NCBI GenBank assembly: GCA_964399865.1
Contig: CAYNRJ010000001.1
Location: 394,050 to 458,049, forward strand
Direction: 5' to 3'
Origin: an uncultured Candidatus Saccharibacteria bacterium
GTDB lineage: Bacteria > Patescibacteriota > Minisyncoccia > Phycocordibacterales > UBA2100
Length of the DNA: 64,000 nucleotides
Below are positions 28,941 through 39,067 of this stretch, in pieces; positions within the stretch are counted from its first letter, which is position 1; each line of letters begins with the position of its first letter. The notes beneath the pieces are model-generated. The model was not told the origin of the DNA. It was given only the letters and a program-made list of their open reading frames with translations, and ran no database searches. The translations under genes were made by a program, and so were the position numbers.

Positions 28941-31100
28941 ATGTTGCCCTCGGATGAGATCGCAAAGCACTTTCGGCTTACCCCATTACAACAGGGTGCC
29001 TTGAGACGCCTCGGCCTAAAGACAGTCGATGATTTGTTACGCCACTTCCCTGCGCGGTACGAAACAACAGGAAGTTCAGGCGAAGTGGCCCATCTTGTTC
29101 CCGGTACGAAAGTCGTGCTTATCGGGACTCTTTCAAACCTGAAAGCAAAAAAACTTTGGAAAAGTCGTCGAAATATCACTGAAGGATGGTTCGAGGATTC
29201 TTCGGGCAAAGTGAAGGTGATGTGGTTCAACCAGCCCTACATGGCTTCGTACGTCCCACAAACTACTGTAGTAAAGATGAGTGGGACGGTAGGAGGAAGC
29301 GTTGAAAAACCCTACATTACAAATCCAGAAGTTGAAGCCGTTCCAAGTGGTGCTATTCCCCAGGGTTTATTCGCTGGAGAAAAGAACGAAACCGTCGAGA
29401 ATTCAGTATTCCCTGTGTATCCCGAGAGCAGAGGTATCACGAGCAAATGGTTTTATCACGCTCTCGAGCGGATCCTTTCGAGTGACGTACTCCACTACGT
29501 GGAAGATCCGATCCCAACAGAAATCAGAGAGACCTATCACCTTCCCGACCTTGCACGTTCGCTTCTTGCAATGCACAGACCGAAGAATGAACGCGAGGCA
29601 GAAGCTGCCCGTAAGCGATTTGCATTTGAGGAAATTTTTGCACTTCAAATTACTCGAATGAAGGAGCGCGCAGAGAATAATGCTTTGGTCTCCTTCCCGA
29701 TCACGGACGGTCCCGTGCGGGTAGAAAAATTCATTTCATCCCTTCCTGTAACCCCAACAGGTGCCCAAAATCGAGCCATTACAGATATCCTGCAGGATTT
29801 TGGGAAACCACACCCTATGGCGAGACTCCTCGAGGGCGATGTGGGTAGTGGAAAGACCCTCGTTGCAGCAGCAGCAAGTTATGCAGTTGTTCACAGTAGA
29901 CCACCCGAGCGTGTAAGTGGAACTTTGCAGGTTGCGTACATGGCCCCGACCGAAATTCTCGCTGGCCAACACTTTCAATCATTCATTGAGTATTTCAAAG
30001 ACCTCCCGATCAATATTGCACTCATCACAGGGAGCGGCTGCAAGAAATTCCCTTCTAAATTAAAGCGCGGCGAGGCCACGGATATATCACGCGCCCAACT
30101 TTTGAAATGGGTAGCGAACGGTGAGATCGCAATGCTCGTAGGCACTCATGCGCTTATTCAAAAATCTGTAAAATTTCAGCATCTCGCACTTTGCGTCGTC
30201 GATGAACAGCATAGATTCGGAACGAAGCAGCGACGCGCACTCGCTCACAAGGGAGATGCCGCTCCTCATTTTCTCAGTATGACTGCAACTCCTATTCCCC
30301 GCACTCTCGCACTTACTATCTACGGAGACCTTGATCTATCTGTCCTCGATGAACTTCCTCCTGGGCGAGCGAAGATCACGACGACTATCGTTAAACCAAA
30401 GGATCGTGGAAGAGTGTACGAGGTCCTGAGAGAAGAACTCGCGAAGGGTCGGCAAGCGTTCGTTATTTGCCCACGTATTAACGAGCCAGATCCAAAGAAA
30501 CTGAATGCTCTTCAAGCGAAATCTGCAAAATCGGAAGCAAAAAGACTACAAAGTGATGTGTTCCCGGAATACGAAGTGGGACTCCTTCACGGCGCAATGA
30601 AGCCAGCTGATAAAGACGAAGTGATGGAGAGATTCGCGCGCGGCGAAATAAAGGTCTTGGTCGCAACCTCGGTCGTTGAGGTCGGAATAAATGTCCCGAA
30701 CGCTACGGCAATACTGATTGAAGGAGCTGAGAGGTTCGGACTTGCCCAATTACATCAACTTCGCGGGCGTATTATGCGCTCGTCCCATCCCCCGCAATGT
30801 TTCCTTCTTCCGGAAACTTCGAGCGAGATTTCAATGAAGCGACTGAAGGCGCTCGAAAAATCCGATGATGGTTTTAAATTAGCTGAAGCAGACCTCGAAA
30901 ATCGCGGGGCCGGCGATCTATATGGACGACAACAGTGGGGAGTCTCTGACCTTGGCATGGAAGCCTTGAAGAATCCGCGCCTCATTCAAGCTGCGCGCGA
31001 AGAGGCGTTGAAATTAGTCACCAGTGACCCAACACTTTCAAAGCATGCAGCCCTCGCTGAAAGGATCTTGAATGTCTCCGGAAAAATGCACTCAGAGTAA
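28941..31100 (+). CDS. recG: ATP-dependent DNA helicase RecG
   Basis: N-terminal wedge region (LRHFPARYE), helicase motifs GDVGSGKT, DEQHRFG and HQLRGR. The likely start is the internal Met at 28941. Confidence 0.9.
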   Translation: MLPSDEIAKHFRLTPLQQGALRRLGLKTVDDLLRHFPARYETTGSSGEVAHLVPGTKVVLIGTLSNLKAKKLWKSRRNITEGWFEDSSGKVKVMWFNQPYMASYVPQTTVVKMSGTVGGSVEKPYITNPEVEAVPSGAIPQGLFAGEKNETVENSVFPVYPESRGITSKWFYHALERILSSDVLHYVEDPIPTEIRETYHLPDLARSLLAMHRPKNEREAEAARKRFAFEEIFALQITRMKERAENNALVSFPITDGPVRVEKFISSLPVTPTGAQNRAITDILQDFGKPHPMARLLEGDVGSGKTLVAAAASYAVVHSRPPERVSGTLQVAYMAPTEILAGQHFQSFIEYFKDLPINIALITGSGCKKFPSKLKRGEATDISRAQLLKWVANGEIAMLVGTHALIQKSVKFQHLALCVVDEQHRFGTKQRRALAHKGDAAPHFLSMTATPIPRTLALTIYGDLDLSVLDELPPGRAKITTTIVKPKDRGRVYEVLREELAKGRQAFVICPRINEPDPKKLNALQAKSAKSEAKRLQSDVFPEYEVGLLHGAMKPADKDEVMERFARGEIKVLVATSVVEVGINVPNATAILIEGAERFGLAQLHQLRGRIMRSSHPPQCFLLPETSSEISMKRLKALEKSDDGFKLAEADLENRGAGDLYGRQQWGVSDLGMEALKNPRLIQAAREEALKLVTSDPTLSKHAALAERILNVSGKMHSE

Positions 31101-31102
31101 CG

Positions 31103-32452
31103 TTAATTCGAAATCACTACAGCTGCATTCGATTTCACGTTCCCACTTCCATCCTTAAGTTCGATTGTGTAATTTCCTCCTGTTGAATAGGTATGAGTGT
31201 GTGTTGCAGTTGTCGAATAGGCTGTGCAGTTTGTTTTTGCAGCAACAGTAACTGGCGAAGTATTATCATCCCAATTGAGCGTATACGCGACACAGCCCGG
31301 AGTGGTTACTTTCACCGCAACAGCGAATGGATTACCGCCGACCGCGGGAGTGAGAGAATCAATTGTGTAAGAAGTTGAAGCAGGAACAGTTATCGTCACC
31401 GTGGTTCCGGCTGCTGCAGAAGTGGTCTGCGTGCCTTTGTATAAGCGTGCGGCAAACGAGCCTCCGGTTGTGTATTGATGGGTCACGCTGTAAGAAAACG
31501 CTTGGCACGCATCAGCTGGATACTGCAATTCTGTTTTCTGACCGTCACCAAATACAAGTGTGTATACTCCCCCATTGCATGACCTCGAGCCATTCATGGT
31601 ACCGCTCAACGTCACTGATACTGGAGCGGTGCCGCTCGTTGGATTTGCAGAAATGGAATCCGAGGTTGCCGGCTGACTCGAACCCGAGACAGTGACCACA
31701 GCGGATGTGCGATGCGCACCAGAAGAGAGTGTTATTTGATATGTGCCGGGATTGTTATACGTATGTATCAAGCTCTGCAACAATTGCTGACAGTTCCCCT
31801 GAGGCACGGTGATCTGAGTAGACTGTGTACCATCTCCGTAATCAACCATATACACCGCACCAGAGCAGGACGTGACCGTATTCACTGTCGCGTCAATCGT
31901 AACTTGAAGAGGTGCTTGTCCTGAAATTGGCGTTACTCGAATGAATCCGCCGACTGCGGGATTACCGCCTCCTCCCCCCGTTGAACACTGGAGCGACATC
32001 GCCGCAGCTGTTCGAGGTCCCACTTGTCCGAATCCAGTAGTGCCTGGAGTTCCAGAAGAAACAATGTTATACGCAATTTGCCATCGTCTTACGGCATTTT
32101 CTGTGAGAGACCCATAGTAACCTGTCACCATTCCTTCTGGATAAATATTTCTGTCCTGAGCGAGGAATTGTTGCAGACGTGTTACATCTTCACCTGTGGA
32201 ACCTAGGCCCAAGATGCGACCAATGAGCGGGCATCCCGCGGGTGTCCCAGCAGCAGTAGTGCCAGCATTTAATTCTTGTTGAAGCTGCTGCACGCGAAGC
32301 ATGAGTGCGTTCGCTTGAGCCTGCAACTCTTCTATCGACTCAGCGCTTGTAAAGAAAGGAAACGCTATAAACAGTACGACTATAAATTTGGAGAATGTAC
32401 GCATCACCATATTGTCGCATGCTCGTAGCGCCATGCAATCACGAAAATCCAC
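31103..32452 (-). CDS. Secreted protein with a peptidoglycan-binding (PG_binding_1-like) domain followed by beta-sandwich (PKD-like) repeats
   Basis: Signal peptide. LGSTGEDVTRLQQFLAQD...GYYGSLTENAVRRWQ motif. T/S/G-rich repeats. Confidence 0.7.
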   Translation of the reverse strand: MDFRDCMALRACDNMVMRTFSKFIVVLFIAFPFFTSAESIEELQAQANALMLRVQQLQQELNAGTTAAGTPAGCPLIGRILGLGSTGEDVTRLQQFLAQDRNIYPEGMVTGYYGSLTENAVRRWQIAYNIVSSGTPGTTGFGQVGPRTAAAMSLQCSTGGGGGNPAVGGFIRVTPISGQAPLQVTIDATVNTVTSCSGAVYMVDYGDGTQSTQITVPQGNCQQLLQSLIHTYNNPGTYQITLSSGAHRTSAVVTVSGSSQPATSDSISANPTSGTAPVSVTLSGTMNGSRSCNGGVYTLVFGDGQKTELQYPADACQAFSYSVTHQYTTGGSFAARLYKGTQTTSAAAGTTVTITVPASTSYTIDSLTPAVGGNPFAVAVKVTTPGCVAYTLNWDDNTSPVTVAAKTNCTAYSTTATHTHTYSTGGNYTIELKDGSGNVKSNAAVVISN

Positions 32453-32466
32453 ACGAATGAAGCCCT

Positions 32467-33174
32467 CTACCGGCCTATCTTTGTAAGTATTCTCTCGTGC
32501 CAGAGACGATACCCATCAGAGGACGGATGAAGGCCGTCTGCCGCGAGATATGTCGCAGGATCCTTCACGAAAGGATCAGTCTTCGGATCCTCATAGAAAT
32601 TAACGTATATTCCTCCCTCCTCCCCTACGATCTTCGAGAAAGCTTCGTGATACGTACGGTTTATCATTGTGTGAAGCGGCCGGATAAACCAAGGAAAGAA
32701 CGTCGCGCCACCCACGTTCCCCGCTGTCGCAACAAGAACTTTGTCTGCTTCAGGGAGTGACTGCATCGCCTGTCGTAATTCTTCTCCACTTTTTTTCACA
32801 CTACGGAAACGGATAATGTCATTCGCCCCGATGTGGATGAGAATGACAGAGTAGTGATCAAGTTTGGCTTGTGATATTTGCGATTGCAGGTCCGCCACTT
32901 TTGCACCCGAGACCGAATAATTTTCTGCATAGGTTGCACCGATGTGTGCGGCTAACCGTCCCGCTGTCGTATCTTCTTTCTTCTCGGCCCCAACCCCTAC
33001 CGCCGTACTGTCTCCCAAAATCAACATGGTCTTCGTGCGGTCATCGCTCACAAGACTAAAGAGTGTACTTTTTTCAATTAATTGTTTCGAGATTTCGATT
33101 TTGCGATATATCGAAATTCCGTAATACAGCGCCACACACGCAAGTATCGCGAGAGCATATAGAGTAAATTTCAT
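32467..33174 (-). CDS. SGNH/GDSL-family hydrolase with an N-terminal membrane anchor
   Basis: GDS block (LILGDSTAVG), GANDI block and DGLHP block. The start is trimmed to MKFTLY because the track ORF's first 13 codons read through a tRNA fragment. Confidence 0.8.
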   Translation of the reverse strand: MKFTLYALAILACVALYYGISIYRKIEISKQLIEKSTLFSLVSDDRTKTMLILGDSTAVGVGAEKKEDTTAGRLAAHIGATYAENYSVSGAKVADLQSQISQAKLDHYSVILIHIGANDIIRFRSVKKSGEELRQAMQSLPEADKVLVATAGNVGGATFFPWFIRPLHTMINRTYHEAFSKIVGEEGGIYVNFYEDPKTDPFVKDPATYLAADGLHPSSDGYRLWHERILTKIGR

Positions 33175-33213
33175 GTCCGCCTGCCTGGACTCGAACCAGG
33201 AACCCCAGAGCAT
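33174..33213 (-). pseudogene. Truncated tRNA gene: 3' half only (anticodon-stem 3' strand, T-arm, acceptor 3' strand)
   Basis: Reverse complement CTCTGGGGTTCCTGGTTCGAGTCCAGGCAGGCGGACA matches the 3' half of the adjacent tRNA with compensatory changes. No 5' half is present. Confidence 0.6.
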
Positions 33214-33257
33214 ATCTTCGATATGGTGTCTTCGTTCGGACGAACTGCAAGAATGTG

Positions 33258-33331
33258 TCCGCCCGCTTGGACTCGAACCAAGAACCCCAGAGGTATAAGC
33301 TCTGTGCTCTAACCAATTGAGCTACGGGCGG
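33258..33331 (-). tRNA. tRNA-Ile with a UAU anticodon (as read: loop CTTATAC)
   Basis: CCGCCCG/CGGGCGG acceptor, D-arm GCTCAATTGGTTAGAGC, anticodon stem CAGAG/CTCTG with loop CTTATAC, T-arm CTTGGTTCGAGTCCAAG. Confidence 0.7.
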
Positions 33332-33434
33332 ACACATTCTTTCAATCGATCCTCACTAGCCACCATAAGCTCTGCACTCAACCAGAGTGCGCTTCAGGCG
33401 TAGAAAACGATTATAAACCCGCCCTTCAATTTTG

Positions 33435-34571
33435 CTAGCGGATGACTTTTGCGACTGCCTTCGCTACCCGTTTATCGAACATGTCGGGAATGATCTTTTC
33501 TGGCGTCGGCTTTTTCACCAAGGCCGCTATCGCGCGGGCGGCCTTTAGTTTCATCTCATCCGTTATCGCATGCACATGGTGATCCAAGACACCGCGGAAA
33601 ATTCCAGGAAATGCGAGTGAGTTGTTTATCTGATTTGGAAAATCTGAGCGGCCTGTCGCTACGATGAGCGCTCCGCCCCTCTTCGCCTCATCCGGCATAA
33701 TTTCTGGAACAGGATTCGCCATCGCAAATACGATCGCATTCTTGGCCATGAGCTTAATGTCCTCCGCTGTCGCAAGCCCCGGCCCAGAAACTCCGATAAG
33801 CACATCGGCTCCTTTCATTGCTTCGTGAAAACCGCCCTGAATCTTCTCGGGATTTGTGAACATGGCGAGATCTCGTTTGTGCCAGTCGGTGCGAGTTTCG
33901 TCGATAATACCTTTACTATCGAGAACGATAATATTCCTTGCTCCCGCCAAATGTAGAAACCTCGCAACAGCAGTGCCGGCGGCTCCTGCCCCCGAGATCA
34001 CGATACGTATCTTCGCTAAATCTTTTTTAACGACCTTGAGCGCATTCAAAAGCCCCGCAAACACGACGATCGCTGTCGCATGTTGGTCATCATGCATGAC
34101 TGGAATGTTTAGTGCTTCGATGAGACGACGCTCAATTTCAAAACAGCGCGGCGCTGAAATATCTTCCAAGTTAATACCACCAAAGCCCGGCGCGATGTGA
34201 ATGATCGTATCAATTATCTTTTCTGTGTCCTGCGTATCAAGCACAATTGGAAATGCATCAACTCCTCCAAAGGTTTTAAAAAGTGCACATTTCCCTTCCA
34301 TCACGGGAAGTGCACCTAGTGCACCGATATTTCCGAGACCAAGAACTGCTGAGCCATCTGAAATGACAGCTATCGTGCGGCCTTTCATTGTGTACTCGCG
34401 CGCTGCGGCAGGATTTTTTGCAACGAGCGAAGAAACGGCGGCAACACCGGGCGTATAGACCAGCGAGAGATCCGCGCGATTCTTTACGGGGATGGTGGGC
34501 GTTACTCGGAGTTTGCCACCGAGCTTTTTGTGAAGCGCGATGGCTTTTTTATACACATCGGTTTTTTTCAT
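33435..34571 (-). CDS. NAD(P)-dependent malic enzyme (small ~380-aa form)
   Basis: Malic-enzyme N-terminal block (LSLVYTPGVA) and a Rossmann GAGAAG motif. Confidence 0.88.
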   Translation of the reverse strand: MKKTDVYKKAIALHKKLGGKLRVTPTIPVKNRADLSLVYTPGVAAVSSLVAKNPAAAREYTMKGRTIAVISDGSAVLGLGNIGALGALPVMEGKCALFKTFGGVDAFPIVLDTQDTEKIIDTIIHIAPGFGGINLEDISAPRCFEIERRLIEALNIPVMHDDQHATAIVVFAGLLNALKVVKKDLAKIRIVISGAGAAGTAVARFLHLAGARNIIVLDSKGIIDETRTDWHKRDLAMFTNPEKIQGGFHEAMKGADVLIGVSGPGLATAEDIKLMAKNAIVFAMANPVPEIMPDEAKRGGALIVATGRSDFPNQINNSLAFPGIFRGVLDHHVHAITDEMKLKAARAIAALVKKPTPEKIIPDMFDKRVAKAVAKVIR

Positions 34572-34584
34572 TCCGACAACAATA

Positions 34585-35538
34585 TCACTTCTTTCGCCTT
34601 GGGCGAATTATCTTTCCATTCTCACCTAAAATAGTCTTAAGGAGAGCCATGCGGACCAGTACCCCGTATCCCGCTTGCTTGAAATAGACAGCGCGTGGCG
34701 AATCGTCCACCTCGAGAGCGATCTCCCCTGCTCGCGGCAGTGGATGAATGAGAATTGCACCCTCTTTCATATGATCAACCATGTCCCGATTTATTACATA
34801 CGCACCTTTGAACTGTAGGTATTCATCTTCTGACGGGAATCTCTCTTTCTGCACCCGTGTCTGGTACACGACATCCGCAGCATTCATCGCAGAGGTAAGT
34901 TCTGTCGTCTCTTCAAACGTCACTTTATTCTCGGTGAGATACTGTTTTATATCGTCTTTCATTTTGAGCGCAGGAGCGGAAACAAAAGACATGTGAATGT
35001 TCTCGTACTTACCGAGAAGATACGCGAGTGAACGGGCCGCTCGGCCATATTTGAGATCACCCACGAACGCTATGTGAAAATTATCGGTACGCCCAATTTC
35101 ACGCTGAATAGTGTAGAGATCGAGAAACGCCTGGGTTGGATGCTGTCCTGCACCGTCACCTCCGTTTATTATCGGCACTTCTGAAACTGCTGCTGCGCGC
35201 GCTGCCGTTCCCTCTTCGGGATGACGCATGACGATAATATCCGCGTAATTATCAACGATACGAACAGTGTCTTCGATCGTCTCGCCTTTCGTTGAAGAAG
35301 AAGACTCGCTGGCATTTTCCATTGAGAGAACATTGCCGCCGAGTCGCAGCATGGCGCTCTCAAATGAGAGACGCGTGCGTGTGGAAGGTTCAAAAAAAAG
35401 AGAGGCAAGTATTTTGCCCCGCAGTGATTCATCGCGCTTCCCTTCATATGATGTTGCGAGCTTGAAAAGCTCTGCGAGTGCCTCTTTCGTGAGCTGCTGT
35501 GTCTCTATGAGATGCTGCATCAGAAACGAGTATACCAT
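34585..35538 (-). CDS. pyrB: Aspartate carbamoyltransferase catalytic subunit
   Basis: STRTR, HPTQ and HPLP motifs present. Confidence 0.92.
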   Translation of the reverse strand: MVYSFLMQHLIETQQLTKEALAELFKLATSYEGKRDESLRGKILASLFFEPSTRTRLSFESAMLRLGGNVLSMENASESSSSTKGETIEDTVRIVDNYADIIVMRHPEEGTAARAAAVSEVPIINGGDGAGQHPTQAFLDLYTIQREIGRTDNFHIAFVGDLKYGRAARSLAYLLGKYENIHMSFVSAPALKMKDDIKQYLTENKVTFEETTELTSAMNAADVVYQTRVQKERFPSEDEYLQFKGAYVINRDMVDHMKEGAILIHPLPRAGEIALEVDDSPRAVYFKQAGYGVLVRMALLKTILGENGKIIRPRRKK

Positions 35539-35546
35539 TAGGGGGT

Positions 35547-36650
35547 GTGTTGTATACTGCTATTCACATGGATTCGGTGACGATCAAAAAACCATTCGAT
35601 TCCCACCTCCACATAAGGCGCGGAGCAATGCTGAGGGCCGTATTGCCGGAGTCTACAAAAGGCTTTTGGGGCGGCATTATCATGCCAAACACCGATCCGC
35701 CTATTGATTCAGTTGAACTCGCTGCCTCATACAAAGAAGAGATCGTTGACGCTATTCCTGCAGGCAAGTCATTCGAGCCATTGATGACATTTTACCTAAC
35801 TAAGAAACTCACCGCTGCAGATATAGAGAAGGGTTTTCTTGCGAAAACTGGTGTGAAAATCCATGCCGTAAAATTCTATCCATTCGGAGCAACTACCAAT
35901 TCGCAGTGGGGCTACCGTTCAATCCTTGATGCGAGTGATGTGCTAAAAAAAATGGAGGAGCTTGGTATGCCACTTCTACTGCATGGCGAAGTACACTTAA
36001 ATGATCATAACGAGGAGGAAGATCCATACGAAGGAGAAGCGCTTTTCATAAAAGAGACTCTCCCCCGTTTACTCGAAACATATCCCAATCTAAAAATATC
36101 GCTTGAGCATGTAAGTACTGCGCTCGGCGCAGACTTCATCGAAAAAAATGGTAAAGCCGGCAGGCTGGTTGCCACCCTCACCCCACATCACCTTATGTAC
36201 GATAAAGAAATGGCTGCGGCCGCAAAATATCCAGGACTCCTTAATTGCAAACCTCTTCTTAAATCACCGCAAGATCGCGAAGCAATTCGCGCGCTCGCTG
36301 CAAAAGGTCTCCCTTTTATCTCCGCAGGCACCGATAGCGCTCCACACCCGGAGGAGAAAAAATTGTCCCCTACCCCGGCGTTCGGAGTTTTCAGCGCGTC
36401 GGTAGCAGTTGAGCTCTATACGCAAATATTCGATGAATTGCACGCCCTGGATAAGCTTGAAAATTTCCTTTCTGTGAACGGTCCACGTTTTTTTAGCTTC
36501 GAACCTTCAAATGAATCCCTCACTCTTGTAAAAAAAGATTGGCAGGTCACTGAGCCAATTGTCACCGAAGAAGGAATAAAGGTGTGGCCGATTGCACATA
36601 AAGAATACGGCCTCGGAAACGAAGTGATTCACTGGCAGGTGCATGCCTGA
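35547..36650 (+). CDS. pyrC: Dihydroorotase (E. coli-like homodimeric type)
   Basis: DSHLHIR metal-binding motif and a KxYP..ATTNS block resembling E. coli PyrC. Divergent from pyrB. Confidence 0.8.
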   Translation: MLYTAIHMDSVTIKKPFDSHLHIRRGAMLRAVLPESTKGFWGGIIMPNTDPPIDSVELAASYKEEIVDAIPAGKSFEPLMTFYLTKKLTAADIEKGFLAKTGVKIHAVKFYPFGATTNSQWGYRSILDASDVLKKMEELGMPLLLHGEVHLNDHNEEEDPYEGEALFIKETLPRLLETYPNLKISLEHVSTALGADFIEKNGKAGRLVATLTPHHLMYDKEMAAAAKYPGLLNCKPLLKSPQDREAIRALAAKGLPFISAGTDSAPHPEEKKLSPTPAFGVFSASVAVELYTQIFDELHALDKLENFLSVNGPRFFSFEPSNESLTLVKKDWQVTEPIVTEEGIKVWPIAHKEYGLGNEVIHWQVHA

Positions 36651-37026
36651 TATAGTGCCGGCAGCCCCACATCGTTCCTTTTTCAAGGGGCAGATTGGAG
36701 GAATCATGTTTAAACTTGCGCTCGCCCAAGGCGGAAGCGTCGTTATCCTGATCGGCATCTTCGTCATGCGCTTTGTCCTGTGGTGGGTATGGTTACTCTG
36801 GCTAGTGATCAAGCACAAGCTCGCGCCAAACCACATGTTCACCGGCACGATGATGCTGACGCTCTCTGCGATGATCTTCGGGCTCTGTCTTCTCATGGCC
36901 GCGGCGGCGGAAGAAACGTACTGGTACGAGGGATTTTCCCTCGCCAGCGTCTTCTACTTCACGCTCGGCGCGATCGTCACCCTTCGCCTGCCCGATCTGA
37001 GAGCGATCGAGCCTCCTGGAGAGTAG
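36643..37026 (+). CDS. Hypothetical small membrane protein in a locally GC-rich stretch
   Basis: Hydrophobic ORF. No homology recognised. Overlaps the pyrC stop. Confidence 0.4.
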   Translation: MPDIVPAAPHRSFFKGQIGGIMFKLALAQGGSVVILIGIFVMRFVLWWVWLLWLVIKHKLAPNHMFTGTMMLTLSAMIFGLCLLMAAAAEETYWYEGFSLASVFYFTLGAIVTLRLPDLRAIEPPGE

Positions 37027-37043
37027 GCTGTACCCAAGAGAAA

Positions 37044-37080
37044 TGAATCGGGCCCGCGATGCGGGCCCGATCACTTTTTT
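37044..37080. terminator. Bidirectional intrinsic terminator between convergent genes
   Basis: aatcgggcccgc-gat-gcgggcccgat followed by cactttttt. Confidence 0.7.
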
Positions 37081-39016
37081 ACACGAGCGGCTGATGCTCG
37101 ATATCTTCTTTCTTTTTTGGTGTGATCCCGTTTGCTATGAGAATTTGCTCAAATGCGTCACGTTCGATCGTTTCCACCTCCACAAGCTTCTTCGCTATCG
37201 CGTCCAACACTTTTCGATGTTTGGTGAGAACATCCTCTGCAGTTTTTCGTGCGCTTTCGACTATCTTCTTCACTTCCTCGTCGATCTGCGCAGCAACTAC
37301 CTGAGACTGCTCGCTTGGTTCAATACCCGCGCCGAACATAGTGCGGCCCTGCGCAGGTTCAAGTGCTATAGGACCAAATTTCTCTGACATGCCGTAGCGA
37401 GTCACCATGTCACGAGCGAGTGCAGTTAATACCTGTAGGTCATTTGATGCGCCTGTTGTTACGTCGTTGTAGATCATCTTCTCCGCGATGTAACCGCCGA
37501 GCGAGACCGCGATGTCGTCAATGAATTCATTACGTGACTGCATCTTTCGGTCTTCGAAAGGAAGTTTCAATGTGTAACCTGCAGCGCGACCACGGCTGAT
37601 GATGGAAATCTTGTGGACTGGGTCAGCGTACGGGAGGACAGAGGACACAAGTGCGTGACCTGCTTCGTGATATGCAGTGATCTCTTTCTCTTTCTTGTTG
37701 AGAATGTGAGAGCGGCGTTCGGGCCCGAGCATAACCTTTTCAATGGATCGTATGAGGTCGTACTGAGTGATCTCCTTTCTATCCTCACGCGCAGCAAGAA
37801 TTGCAGCCTCGTTCATAAGATTTGCGAGGTCTGCACCTGAGAATCCCGGAGTTCGCTCCGCGATAACAGCGATATTCACGTCAGGGCCGAGTGGTTTCTT
37901 GCGAGCATGCACTTTCATTATGTCCTCGCGGTCTTTTCTATCAGGAAGGTCGATGACTACGCGTCGATCGAATCGGCCCGGACGGACCAACGCTGGATCG
38001 AGCACATCAGGCCTGTTCGTCGCTGCCATGATGACAACTTTCTCATTTGGCTCGAAGCCATCCATTTCAACAAGTATCTGGTTCAAGGTCTGTTCCCTTT
38101 CGTCGTTTCCCCCACCTACACCAGAACCACGTACGCGGCCGATTGCATCTATTTCATCGATGAAAAGAATAGCTGGGGCCGCTTTCTTCGCGACCGAGAA
38201 TGTGTCACGGACGCGGGAAGCTCCTACGCCCACAAACATCTCTACGAATTCTGACCCAGAGATCGAGAAGAACGGCACATTACTCTCGCCTGCAACAGCG
38301 CGCGCAAGAAGTGTCTTTCCAGTACCAGCGGAACCCATAAGGAGCACTCCCTTTGGAATACGGGCACCGATCTGAATAAATTTCTTCGGATTCTTGAGAA
38401 AGTCTACAATCTCCGTGAGTTCTGCCTTCGCTTCCTTCGCGCCAGCAACATCAGCGAACGTCACTTTCTGCGCAGCGTCTTCCGGATTCACGAGCTTCGC
38501 CATCGAGCGACCGAACGTGAACGCCTGCATTCCCGATCCTCGCATCTGACGAGAGAGGTACCAGATGATACCCACGATTAAAATGACCGGAATAAGAAGT
38601 GGAGCGAGCGTCAAAAACCAGAAACGTGCGCCTCCCTCATCTTTGACTGTTATTTCAACAGCTGAGAGTTTCTCTGGCGAGACATTGTAGTTCGCAAACG
38701 TTTCTGTAAGTGAACTCTCTGATTCTTTGCGAGATGTTTTTTCAGTCTCATCTTTATACGTAACGGTAATATCGGTTCCTTCAACTAGGATCGAGGTTAC
38801 AAGACCCGCCTCAATATCGGAGACGATTTGTGAGAGGGAGACTTCCTCGGTATCCTCAATGATGTACTTCTGAACGAGAGAGAACCCCGTAGAAAGCATG
38901 AGAAAGATTGCGAATGCAATCGCAAGCTGTAACCATATAGAGGGTCTACCCGGTACGCGACCTCCGGCACCTGGCCCTTTTGGCATCTTTTGACTCCCCA
39001 TCGGCGAATTTGGCAT
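37079..39016 (-). CDS. ftsH: ATP-dependent zinc metalloprotease FtsH
   Basis: AAA Walker [12 protein letters not shown] motif and Zn-binding HEAGHAL. Confidence 0.95.
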   Translation of the reverse strand: MPNSPMGSQKMPKGPGAGGRVPGRPSIWLQLAIAFAIFLMLSTGFSLVQKYIIEDTEEVSLSQIVSDIEAGLVTSILVEGTDITVTYKDETEKTSRKESESSLTETFANYNVSPEKLSAVEITVKDEGGARFWFLTLAPLLIPVILIVGIIWYLSRQMRGSGMQAFTFGRSMAKLVNPEDAAQKVTFADVAGAKEAKAELTEIVDFLKNPKKFIQIGARIPKGVLLMGSAGTGKTLLARAVAGESNVPFFSISGSEFVEMFVGVGASRVRDTFSVAKKAAPAILFIDEIDAIGRVRGSGVGGGNDEREQTLNQILVEMDGFEPNEKVVIMAATNRPDVLDPALVRPGRFDRRVVIDLPDRKDREDIMKVHARKKPLGPDVNIAVIAERTPGFSGADLANLMNEAAILAAREDRKEITQYDLIRSIEKVMLGPERRSHILNKKEKEITAYHEAGHALVSSVLPYADPVHKISIISRGRAAGYTLKLPFEDRKMQSRNEFIDDIAVSLGGYIAEKMIYNDVTTGASNDLQVLTALARDMVTRYGMSEKFGPIALEPAQGRTMFGAGIEPSEQSQVVAAQIDEEVKKIVESARKTAEDVLTKHRKVLDAIAKKLVEVETIERDAFEQILIANGITPKKKEDIEHQPLV

Positions 39017-39067
39017 ATCGGGGCATTATACTCATAAGCCCGATTTGAGCCAGTTTTTACGCCAAAC

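Noticed and set aside
33074-33337. ORF 33074..33337(-), 87 aa, containing LWGSWFES
   Set aside because: It covers the tRNA-Ile(UAU) gene and the truncated tRNA copy. The peptide LWGSWFES is encoded by T-arm sequence (ttcgagtccaag) in both the ORF and the N-terminus of the untrimmed SGNH ORF.
36643-37026. Locally GC-rich small membrane ORF as a sign of horizontal transfer
   Set aside because: It is too short for a compositional argument, and TM-helix codons for Ala/Leu/Gly/Val are GC-rich anyway. Left as a low-confidence CDS only.
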